Shown piece after piece: positions 15,001 to 20,000 of a DNA stretch of 64,000 nucleotides. Location: contig CAVUKB010000004.1 in the NCBI GenBank assembly GCA_963741955.1, positions 96,001-160,000 on the forward strand. Reading direction: 5' to 3'. A program made the translations under genes and the position numbers. Numbering within the stretch: the stretch's first letter is position 1; each line of letters opens with the position of its first letter. The stretch comes from an uncultured Acidobacteriota bacterium (GTDB lineage Bacteria; Acidobacteriota; Thermoanaerobaculia; Gp7-AA8). A model generated the notes under the pieces. It saw only the letters and a program-made list of their open reading frames with translations. It searched no databases and was not told the origin of the DNA.

Positions 15001-15253
15001 CTGCGCCACCAATCAGAACGGTGACTTTCCGTCGCGAACGACGCGGGCGAATTCCATTGGACTTCGATCTCGCTCCGGCGAGGACCACCGGCCTTCATCC
15101 GACAGCGCTCAGGCTTCCGCACCTCAGCGCGATGAACCGCGCGACGAGCAACCGACGTACAGAACGACCCCGACCGCGTGTTCACCCCTCCCGGCCTCCG
15201 GACGGCGCGCGCGGTTGTCGGCACAAGTCACCGCAATTTTTGGGATCTCCTAA
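8..15253 (+). CDS. Giant surface/adhesin-like protein, 5' partial (carboxypeptidase-regulatory-like repeats, SbsA/Big_5 Ig domains, two Gly-rich domains, LVIVD beta-propellers). The folded part ends near 13570; the rest is read-through.
   Basis: 5081-aa ORF with G.V....G.PV.GA.V repeats, DxTPP/P.DGA..V Ig motifs, GGGGGGRVAI segments and 'IVDVSDP..P' LVIVD repeats. The stop codon lies inside the ISL3 end. Confidence 0.85.
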   Translation: MNAAAGQVFTLSIRNGLVTSGDLAFLTDTPVVEPLRIVAARQDLHLDADGHVVTVLLNRPLENPPSDFVPLFDTDVSLDAAKFGVGYSGKRALAGAALQADGRTIRLNYDSALSGDASYVIHTTGIVDPASPSDVVPQVELRDSALILGTVIDGSNLPIPGADVRIATFTGIQWMTADADGRFLFEYVPRIIDGPEVGGNYHLEAYANQKKAELDGTVRLLHTLNFVNISFLGRGSAEGYVRYDNGEPVSGATVVVGSTMFNQFRRTTTDAAGHYAVTDLPVGPLTFSAQDADGNVAFAAGEIRSAGQAVLQDISIYRRPFPGTGTVRGRIVRSDDGTPVAGAHVGVYSQGYGLRDAYTGSDGKFEFTSVPSGFVTVLAEDYQVAPQSIAVDFDLKTDEVHETGDLALAIASGVTYVQVEGDVTTEDPLIPGSYAPVPGAIVQISGLPAAVADASGHYTYASVPQSFSGRKIRGYDPSTGRMAEVPLPSLNAGTNAVPIVIPRDAGSGTGTIRVHLLAADGSPVVGYHVFESGFPTLESVEKENGVYEFAGVQVGRRLTPIMATPPGGYDSRYGYQFTSGTASVSFPEQISTLTLRLPGQGSVRARIQQQTEAGVLIQIAGQLKLRLRRWSDVVQGVKLVEVTASTDGSTDAVFDQVPAGEDHLLETFDSVGYDSDNVRINYDGEVASRTLTLSSLSSVRGHVFTIDGFTPVPGAAVRLVDSAQDHGWITTGLDGSFEFRNVTSGSGFTVTAEWTQNGIFRTARLTGTTPVNGGRIDDLSLVLMRQGSVEGTIVDAGGAPIPFALFWIRELDFPSRTFGSKSEPLKADQNGRFRVNGIFAVPFRIDARDPINDQLTGAWSGRIDDEGQVVTPTITVGGAGVGTVRVVVVDPNASYAPVANAEVSLVRESTLFDFATTDGTGTVVFQGVPAAQTYTLDAYSKALAKSGSASSFTVAADSTLEEQITLVFSGEVTGTLSDPENASAPIAGASVTLHGDHYDTRTSTLGSGAFVFGGVREGMFRLEARDPLSIRRATGTGAVSTAQPTVIVDLQLEPTSILTVDAFLPDDAGNPSSTLAPLVTIDVSQHSLGGAYLRSSQTNGAEFPGLLRGVSYDVVVHEIGGLQRVVGSSGTFDANTATKTLNLVFKATGSVIVHVMQGSPAAPAPNVRVTASSVGSSISGYTDANGTVTLNGVPLGTSVSLQATTGGISPLTGAGSVSLASQSQPAEATILLGSYSGVTGYVEAEEGGASQSTRVLAIYDGVTLETRTDVTGRYTLQGIATPLAGIDVRLTYLGPDDQTIGATQSVHLANGAGLVEAPAVRLDSTPPHLDSIFPADGASSVAPDTQLRFTFSRAIQSNQLNNGYFQLFEVATSAQVSLTLASAVLQPDGSEIVSFAPPLPPPGQTFPLRSKTLYRIRVSGQLQDTAGHALGADLGASFTTSDYSNPQVVKVEPSPKLPLTKQGLRFGVTFSKPLDPAPWQAGGSGVMQLVRIDAIGGQPVGTPVTGTIQLDPDTAATLWFGPGETLSPASFYRLSISGVKDTEGRGLVDDHGAPLSVWTQDFFTYDETAPVVTLTPPLLNGVAIGEADPLYTGVLYTFPLSATNPDGSAATDLARVDFFVVDDSGHETLLGNHPLASVALSLPSGSTSFTLKAVATDLSGNVSAPATRSWSVQEIPALSIAATSFAPATIYAGNTVTETILIAGGALDATVSVNVTAEGSPTTVASATQALHRAAFGDPWSPVALELPIPSGVAAGSLLHFVATVVDARGVPLSRDDAIQLAADAGAPSIDTPTIEVVHSTVSGSPVDRFNGGDTYRVHVLTSDAETGISSVVFHVDGVDFTVTSGVWRSDLSRWEFVSPTITAEARNNDTTIQIAATAHDFGGNDATSATQITYNGLHDPNAPTVGWIQPLDGAAWPASHAGFTTRLRVYARSALPLAGTFDVPGAGTVTAIRGTDELYADLTSFDTPAAGTTLDIVAHVNDGDGGHAVDLPISVHLVDVTQTIGSGQTIAVDATHPLSGDSIIVDGGQLVPHIPLALSNLIVMNGGVVKTVRSTTTADQKLDLTVSDHLYIDAASSIDVTACGYLGGHQQNFDLTGTNDDARGMTLGRTVEGGTQPGASASYAGLGGEPQSGLTNPVYGSITDPSDLGSGGGAASATGGSAAGGQGGGATSLTAPSGARVAIAGVILANGEDGVGRGGAGSGGGISIHVDSIVLGAASRLAANGGDDDAADQTSRGGGGGRVAISATSLLDIDTANPPHVKARGGRNRGGEIASALDGGAGTIYLRAPGATDGMLEVSSLDPRYPTSIHLTRPTPLSDATGALSFDAMAVGPRALVRADAQLTIGGVTDDVSKAAVDPTAVLVLQNQQPSISLSTTPGEGSSLIQGSSLNVTYDATSLSGVGEVRLQWSPVTPDRVDPFTSYPADTGFKGAALAIPVDAVAGSTATLALGATDRAGRSVDSAPLSYTIVANSAPVIDRFDVTAPSPLYPGARVTVTIDAHDDLSVTKLALDSQIGSGVVNTQSVTPNTSAILQNFTIDIPKDIPAGATTLTLTLSVEDAFPARSATVQTQTLTITPDTAAPTVQITAPATGALFNEGSGNTIHVVATATDVETGIAQITATIESGTTASMTATGNPNEYATDLPVPNVVGDQDVTKQITVTATDYATHSTAMMLPVTIHPLVDPTAPVITWACGTTGAMFPVGYTAQLSITATPPASGNAVESVTFFDGTNSYPATQNGTTWSISYVIPDVGDGTAIPISVTATAQGGAAADAQTSITAIVADKTITSDTTILDGDATYDNQTVVVEGGSLTLDGDHTFTRFIVLSSAVVTHLPTNASGEHHLGVTADRVFVACGARVDITARGYSGWTNGQAATWPNRFDNGSSGYSGGSHGGIGGNYSGTPAPVYDSVYEPHEPGGAGAGSPNSQGGGVVRIDSSTLTLDGSIVANGTVDGGSYAISGGGAGGTVLIHTGSMSGVGQISADGSTGLWQTSGYYAPGGGGGGRVAIYHRNPLEFDESKISALGGHGRPSGAAGTIYLCTVDQAGAKVSNKLVIRNVETGRTTELPSLGAGRISAFDATTGVILTDRPTEIPSYLVGNGVKIWAADGSTLKGYSNLRSVLFDSSSGLASFSLNSGDIGSLALQPTDQWRGVYRVDELSVDGAVLLSEDLLESGNPPELTHGGSIEGSNEAAPSVDASRISLLLSSIGYSVVGTVGAVADPDQPVHVTVTNERSGDSWETTAESDGSFAVVVNGQMDDAISLQARDSSYFAMTSGTIEVGTLPADAPASSSVDPAAWGVDAAFRVRSVAAGWHRLLVGGRPFYAGSWSGHSDNLAILDTTNTASPGLIGKLSVGNGWIRDILVRDDKAYLACDDLRVIDLAGPVPTVAVPDRAVSGNAMAVAVDGGNAWVSSDQGDGRLTLFDVTDPFHARFVVERSMMSGVTFTGLFDPGPNYLIATSPNRTNSGTLGHDVVVIDRRNSTAPTIAADLDIPAFDARSGVLVGNLLYLAGFDTGFAIVDVSDPAHPVTRSVNPIGYVRGVYVAGTDAYVTVGTRLEMFDISDPMTPVLEGITDLPGDGWEIERTGDMLYVAADTTLSIVSASPSPSVDAYLFTVNGPTGVAEVHGQPNAIVGVAPLTVELRDVARGSSTAGISVAADGSVDGSIAAQPGDEVEVIATDSLGRSSLVVTIGSVPFGTGDVTVPITYGMTNNDVNFRARLLEVEGTNLITTGWHDTDKVVRFDLTDPRSPGYVETINVGNGKIWDVALRNGYAYVAASYLRVLNLNVTPATEFTPDAGSLNTAVSVAVDGTYAFVGADGTSGWIQILDVSNPEAPHWIRRQSLGGGVNFHKLITLGTDYLIGITPQGNNDIWIIDRRDINNLRVVAQLSIPGMTASTARLEGNTLYVIHRGSGNGVAAVDVTNPASPTLLWTSATGGLGFGLDVAGSTLAVGDGSSGVSLLDASGPGGATLKGTQTLPGTSWDARFANGALYVAHETGISVISGVVAPPVIDVSGITVAQTSGGGLVNGGVRSVTGTGALSVTLRNETSAATSSSVAVSADGSFSATVSGVPGDRISVTVTDDSGRSTGPTVIGAIPFGGAITTVPITYGMTNNDVNFRARLLEVEGTNLITTGWHDTDKVVRFDLTDPRSPGYVETINVGNGKIWDVALRNGYAYVAASYLRVLNLNVTPATEFTPDAGSLNTAVSVAVDGTYAFVGADGTSGWIQILDVSNPEAPHWIRRQSLGGGVNFHKLITLGTDYLIGITPQGNNDIWIIDRRDINNLRVVAQLLIPGMTASTARLEGNTLYVIQRGGGAIAIVDVTDPTAPALDSVEQTRGLAFGLDSSTSLVAVGEGSPGTTLIDTTTPSSPIVLGSQFLGGTTWDVRFANGAVYAAREVGIAVIEDFSTVALARSPRPFASSKAVSPVRHDSEVFLADLSKVSIVPGHGVVTIRGSAAAMAGPAPLTVEITNETLGTSVPIVPVAVDGSFETNLVAAPGDHLTLRATSGTGETTAPLDLGQVPHFAPPEGRVPNESFDPAGVGRIPRSAAAIAADASPEERRLPAGSGQASAPDRERPRDDRRMLDATPIARSHRLSWLSPRTPIAFAILPSLEPRASSPASLTPSLEPRVLYLHPGAAMTSPSQKDATMDQRQRTADSMAHGSTLGSRTLFATLMPQGEQVRCRFPSELSEPLQSWLATAAVVPESDDLHAVRRDLIVEPIAGMPKDQPLNLSAPTAVNDLPDRRVSAKHLDRSADLLLQQCGCLGTVLVPPLQRTPRLSRGARSEGDLLDQSGSPDGRCFSTSSAGIPSPRLNSSCACQISSSSSSFSSYASSGSMTLISTEAPSGSCASLSIRICPSTILPVSFIRVPLAGSIGFTRSNRRCEEVILQNPLSASIGGRNVPDLFSGRGRNPQPDVHSLASSSSRNARASVAPPSLAAATASRSQTFSSSVSVTGSSSSSATLTSCPSGSASASTFRRPLTTRAVVILMNSSYSRRGACATNQNGDFPSRTTRANSIGLRSRSGEDHRPSSDSAQASAPQRDEPRDEQPTYRTTPTACSPLPASGRRARLSAQVTAIFGIS
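11108..12936 (+). repeat. 623-bp near-identical intragenic duplication (11108-11730 / 12314-12936) of an LVIVD block
   Basis: Direct comparison at offset 1206; one substitution noticed (QLSIP vs QLLIP). Confidence 0.9.
13683..13699. repeat. REP-like mini hairpin GCCGGCT-TCC-AGCCGGC
   Basis: Perfect 7-bp stem with a 3-nt loop at the start of the low-complexity tail of ORF1. Confidence 0.5.
13834..13940 (+). repeat. Heptamer array + RBS + MTSPSQK start module, copy 1
   Basis: (GAGCCTC)n followed by CCTGGAGCAGCG-ATG-ACCTCACCCTCGCAGAAAG, ATG at 13919. Confidence 0.85.
14081..14380 (-). CDS. RelE/ParE-family toxin, antisense within ORF1
   Basis: V.F.P.A.......WW..NRP.AP..L..E......L...P..G...R........Y.LYY......V.IVALWH..R pattern; overlaps the stop of the upstream antitoxin. 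Confidence 0.85.
   Translation of the reverse strand: MIEQVTFAPRAARQTWRALEWWNQNRPEAPTLLEQEISAAVEMLRRHPSIGQVVHGRRSGQVQRLILRHTGYWLYYQITPHGVEIVALWHHSRGREPRL
14377..14604 (-). CDS. Putative antitoxin (MKLTGRIVDGQI...LPEG..V, acidic C-terminus)
   Basis: 75 aa, AAGGGG RBS, directly upstream of and coupled to the ParE-like gene. Confidence 0.7.
   Translation of the reverse strand: MKLTGRIVDGQIRIESDAQLPEGASVEINVIEPDEAYELNDEEDEEIWQAQLELRRGEGIPAEDVLKHRPSGLPD
14700..14758 (-). pseudogene. Truncated N-terminus of a second ParE-like toxin (MNVRLRVTP..RKQIRDI)
   Basis: ATGA-coupled to the 14755-14973 antitoxin; similarity is lost after about 20 codons. Confidence 0.45.
14755..14973 (-). CDS. Putative antitoxin, paralogue of 14377-14604
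   Basis: MRITTARVVNGRL....LPEG..V.V....E....LT.EE; AGGA RBS. Confidence 0.7.
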   Translation of the reverse strand: MRITTARVVNGRLNVDAEALPEGQLVKVALLEEEPVTLTDEEKVWLREAVAAASEGGATDARAFLDELEARE

Positions 15254-16826
15254 CAGGTGTGTAGCAGAGTTCATAGGCCGAGAGGATGGAATGCGATTGC
15301 TGACGTACAGAGGAACGCCATTGCGATCAGAGCTTCCGCGGTGTGAAAGCCGAAAGCGCGGTGACTGAGCATTCGGATCTTGTTGTTGCAGCCTTCAGCA
15401 ACTGCATTCGTGAGTCGATACTCGAAGTAACGGCGGATGCCAGGCCATTTCGCCGCGACGGTTCGCGCGAAGCGAACGAGGGGTTGAATGCGGCTATGAA
15501 CCGCGGACTGATACCAGCGCTTGAACCGTCGATCAGCTTGGCGGACGGACGAGGAGTCATAGATGTCCTGAAAGGATTCCTTGACCAGGTAACTGCGAAA
15601 GAGGGTGTGATTCATCCGCGCGAGCTCCGAGAGTTTCGCCTCCTCGGCATCACGCAGGTTCCAGGGGTTCTTCAGGAGGACGAACCGAGTGGATTTGAGA
15701 GCGGAGCGCTCCTCGCCGGTGGCCTTTCGCATCTCGTCCCGCCTCACCTGATCGATCGCATTCCCGAGGAGTTGGACCACGTGGAACCGATCGAAAACGA
15801 CCTCGGCGTTCGGCAGTCGGTCGCGAACAGCTTTCTCGAAGGCCGCGCTCATGTCGATGCTCACCAGACGGATTCGCGCGCAGCGCTCGGGGCCGAGCAG
15901 ATCGAACAGCCCGTCGAGAACCTCTGCACTTTTACCCTTCGCCGCCCAGATCATCTGCCCGGTCTCGTGGTTCGTGACCACGGTCATGAACTTCTTCGGC
16001 CGCCCCCAGCAGATCTCGTCGATGCCGATCCGGGTCAGATTCTCGAGCGCGTTCGGGTCGCGTTTTTCGGCAACCACTCGAGCGGCGATCCGTCCGGCCG
16101 TGAGCCAGCTGACCTTGAAGTACGCCGAGACCGCGGTTTGATTGGATCGCTGCAGAAACCAGGCAAGCTCGTCTTCGAACGCGCGGGTGAACATCGAACC
16201 AGGCCGTGCCCACGGAACCGCGGCCGTTCGCACCCCGCAGCGGCGGCAACGCACCCGCGGCAGATCCGCCCGCAGCATCACCCGGCATCCCCAGAGGCCG
16301 AGATGACGCCATTCGCGATGCTTCATCACCGTTCCGTGAAGCTCGGGAGCAACCCGTCCGCACCCTCCGCACCGCGGACGTCTCCACGTTGGACTCACGT
16401 CGAGATAGAGACTCCGAGCTTCGAACCGAACCCCGCGAACCGTTACGTTTGCCATGTTGAGCAACTTCCGGAACAATGTCGTCAGGCGCACCGTGCCTGT
16501 CCTCCCCGTGTCTTGGTTTCATCGACTACAGACTACGGGAAATGGGCAGCACGGTTCGCCGATTCCAACCTGCTATCGCTGCTTCGATCTTCACCTCTCC
16601 ACGAGCAGCGACTTTCGGGGCTCCTTCAGATCCTTCCGCGACGGCGGGGCAAGTTGTGGGAACGGCGGAAAACGCGGCGGCCGGGTGGCGGCGTTTTCCG
16701 CGGTTTCCACAACTTCGCTTTCCGAACGCTTCGGCGAACACCGACTTGCTCCTCGAAAACAGCCGCGTCGCCGTTCCTGCATGCCTCCGACAATCATTCC
16801 GCACCTACACACCTGTTAGGAGAACC
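15243..16826 (-). mobile_element. ISL3-family insertion sequence, copy 1 (1584 bp)
   Basis: 22-bp IRs GG(A/T)TCTCCTAACAGGTGTGTAG; 8-bp target duplication AATTTTTG at 15235-15242 and 16827-16834. Confidence 0.95.
15271..16491 (-). CDS. ISL3-family transposase
   Basis: CxxC zinc-finger motifs, 'IGIDE', 'SIDMS', 'VFDRFHV', 'TNAVAEGCNNKI...AFGF'. Confidence 0.95.
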   Translation of the reverse strand: MRLTTLFRKLLNMANVTVRGVRFEARSLYLDVSPTWRRPRCGGCGRVAPELHGTVMKHREWRHLGLWGCRVMLRADLPRVRCRRCGVRTAAVPWARPGSMFTRAFEDELAWFLQRSNQTAVSAYFKVSWLTAGRIAARVVAEKRDPNALENLTRIGIDEICWGRPKKFMTVVTNHETGQMIWAAKGKSAEVLDGLFDLLGPERCARIRLVSIDMSAAFEKAVRDRLPNAEVVFDRFHVVQLLGNAIDQVRRDEMRKATGEERSALKSTRFVLLKNPWNLRDAEEAKLSELARMNHTLFRSYLVKESFQDIYDSSSVRQADRRFKRWYQSAVHSRIQPLVRFARTVAAKWPGIRRYFEYRLTNAVAEGCNNKIRMLSHRAFGFHTAEALIAMAFLCTSAIAFHPLGL

Positions 16827-16844
16827 AATTTTTGCCGGCCCTCC

Positions 16845-17070
16845 GAGCCTCGAGCCCCGAGCCTCGAGTCCCGCATCCACTCTTCCGAGCCTCGAGCCCC
16901 GAGCCTCGAGCCCCGCGTCTCTCACCTCGAGCCTCGAGCCTCGAGTCTCGAGCTCCGCGTCTCTCACCCCGAGCCTCGCGTCCCGAGCCTCGAGTCCCGC
17001 GTCTCTCACCCCGAGCCTCGCGTCCCGCACCTTCAGCCTGGAGCAGCGATGACTTCACCTTCGCAGAAAG
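16845..17070 (+). repeat. Heptamer array with 42-bp period + RBS + MTSPSQK start module, copy 2
   Basis: Tracts start at 16845, 16887, 16929, 16971 and 17013; GGAG-cagcg-ATG at 17049. Confidence 0.85.
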
Positions 17071-20000
17071 CCATGAAAATGACGCAATCTCGCCAGACGG
17101 AGTCGCCCATCGGCCTCGACACTCAGAGACAATCAGACTGTCCCTCTCGAACCGGTTTATTCCGGACTACGGAGCGGCAGCAAGCGCGCGCGAGCGCCGC
17201 GCTCGTCGACACTGATCAGACAACCTGCCTGGATCGCCTCGGCGTGACTCTCGACGAGAGCAAGGATCATCGCCACGAGTTCCTCGTTCAGCACGTCCAC
17301 CATGCGGATCTGAATGACAGTGGGAAGACGCTGGGAGCTCAGGGCGAGGAGGTCGCTGAAGTCGAGGTCCCGGGTGACGACGACCCAGCCTTGCCGTCGA
17401 GCTCTCTCCAGAATCTCGGAATCAGCTGCGGTCGGCTCGCCGATCGACATCCAGTGAACGCTCTCGATCCCTCTTGTCGACAGCTTTCGCGCGAGGGAAG
17501 GAGCGAGATTGAAGTCGATCAGCAGCTTCACTGCGGGTCCGCAGCCTTACCGATCTCGACCTCGGCCTCGGACGAACGCCACGCTCCGTACGCCAGTGCC
17601 TCGCGGATGTCCGCTTCCTCGAGGTACGGATACTCGGACAGAATCTCCTCGGCAGTTCGCCCGGACGCAAGGAGCCCGAGGATCGTTCCCACCGTCACCC
17701 GCATCCCGCGGATGCACGGCTTTCCGCCCATGACTGCCGGATCCCTGGTGATGCGTGTCAGCCGATGCATGTCAGCCCTCCAGCGGAAGATCGGCGGTGC
17801 GGCTGCCGATCGTGTCCATTCCATCTCCCGCAACGCCACGGCCCGAACCCGAAATCTCGACAGGCCGAGGCATACTTCGAGCAGCCGCAGGAGCTCGGCT
17901 CTGAGCGGCCTCTCCGCCGCGCTGCTTCTCTTCTTCGCGCTACTTCCCGCCCTCCCTCTTTTCGCCCAATCTCCGACCGAAGTCGTCGTTCAGGAAGACT
18001 TCCAGTCGTACCCGACCCAGGCCAACCCGCAAGGCTGGGTCGATACCTCCGTCGGCAACCCGCACCCCCAGGCCGAGGGGCTGTACAAGACGTGGCCGGA
18101 TCCGACGCAGGGGAACAAGGGAGCGAATGTCGTCTACGGGACGAAACAATCCTCCGGCAAACCGGAAGGGCGCAACCCGCGCATCGGGACATTCTCCACA
18201 CTCGTCGATCACACATTCGGCACAAAGGGACGTTTCGAATACCGCGGGCGTTTCATCCGCACGCGCTCCGACGCGCGCATCGGCCTCACGTTCCTCTCCT
18301 CCTATCCCGACTCCGACCACTATTACCTTCTCGGCCTCTGGTCCCAGGCGACGTCGAGCAAGCTCACCATGCAGCTCTTCTCGTTCGGCGCGGGGACGCT
18401 GACCGGCACCATCGACAGCAACTTCACTCCCGAGCCCGGCAAGTGGATCCGCTTCCTCATTCAGGTCGACGGATCGGACGCTGGCAACAAAATCCGCGCG
18501 CGCTTCTGGATCGACGGCACCGACGAGCCGTCCGGATTCACGATCGAGGCGGAAGACTCCGCCGCGGGACATCTCGCGTCGGGCCGCATCGGTATCTGGG
18601 CCGCAGTCAAGGGCGACGCATACTTCGACGAGCTCTTCGCGAAGTACCCGGTCGACATCACCGCGCCCGCAATCTCCTTCCTCGAGTCGGGAACTACGCT
18701 CAACGACGGCGCGAAGTTCAACCGCGACGTCGCCCCCGCGATTCAGGTCGTCGACGACACCGACCCGAGCCCCTCCTGGTCCGCAACGCTCGACGGACAG
18801 CCGTTCACGTCCGGAACGACGGTCGCCGCCGAGGGAACGCATCTCCTTGCAGTCGACGCGGCCGACTCAGCCGGGAACGCGTCGCACGCCCAGCTCTCCT
18901 TCTTCATCGACAAGACTGCGCCGCTCCTCGCGGTTACCGAATCGGGCGCGCCACTCGCCGACGGCGCGATCTTCGATCACGATGCTGTCGTCTCGATTGT
19001 CGTGACCGACATCAGCGCGACCACCGACGCGATCCTCCTCGATGGCCAGCCTTACACATCGCTCACCCCGATCACCACGGAAGCGCAGCACGAGCTTTCC
19101 GTCTCTTCGATCGACGAGCTCGGAAACGGCCCCACGACGTTCGGTCCGGTTCATTTCTTCGTCGACGAGACCGCGCCGGTCGTGACCATTCTCCAGAACG
19201 GAGCGACGCTCCAGGAAGGCTCGGCGTTCAACCACGACGTCACCGGCTCACTCGCTATCGAAGACCTGACCCCGACCACGAGCTCCATGGCCCTCGACGG
19301 GCAGCCCTATGCGTCCGGAACGCCGATCAGCACCGACGGCTCTCACACCCTCGCCGCGACGGTCACGGACTCCGCTGGTCACACCACCACCGCCGGCCCG
19401 CTCCATTTCATCCTCGACGAGGCAGGGCCCACGGTCACCATCCTCGAGAGCGGCCAGCCGTTCCCGGCGGCCTATTTCTTCAACCGGGATGTCGTCGCGT
19501 CGGTCTCAGTCGACGACATCGCGCCGCACACCGCGACGATGTCTCTCGATGGTCAGCCGTACACGGAAGGGACGCCGATCACCGCCGAAGGTCCGCATGA
19601 GATCTCGGCGCACGTGACGGACACCGCAGGAAACGACGTGACCGTCGGTCCGATCGCGCTCACCATCGACAAGACTCCGCCCGTCGTGACGCTCCTCGAG
19701 AGCGGCCAGCCGTTCGCGGCGGGCCAGACGTTCCCACGCGACGTGGTCGCGGATGCCACTGCCACCGACACGATCTCGAAGGCCACGCTCACTTTGACCC
19801 TCGATGGGCAGACGTACGTCGCCTCCACTCCCGTCACCGCCGAAGGAGAGCACACCTTCGCCGCGACCGCCGTCGACCAGGGGGGGAACACGGCGTCCGC
19901 CTCCGTCTCCTTCGTCATCGACGAGACTCCCCCCGAGTTGTCGTTGCTCCTCGGCGGGCAACCGTTCCCGGCCGACCTCTGGACGAATCAGGATGTCACT

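Noticed and set aside
15343-16826. 569-aa and 529-aa + strand ORFs over the IS copies
   Set aside because: These are antisense shadows of the ISL3 transposase.
16845-17033. CRISPR array
   Set aside because: The 42-bp units are tandem heptamers with near-identical linkers, there are no unique spacers, and there are no cas genes.
16476-17048. N-terminal part of the 2777-aa ORF
   Set aside because: It starts inside the IS and runs through repeats; the real start is 17049 or later.
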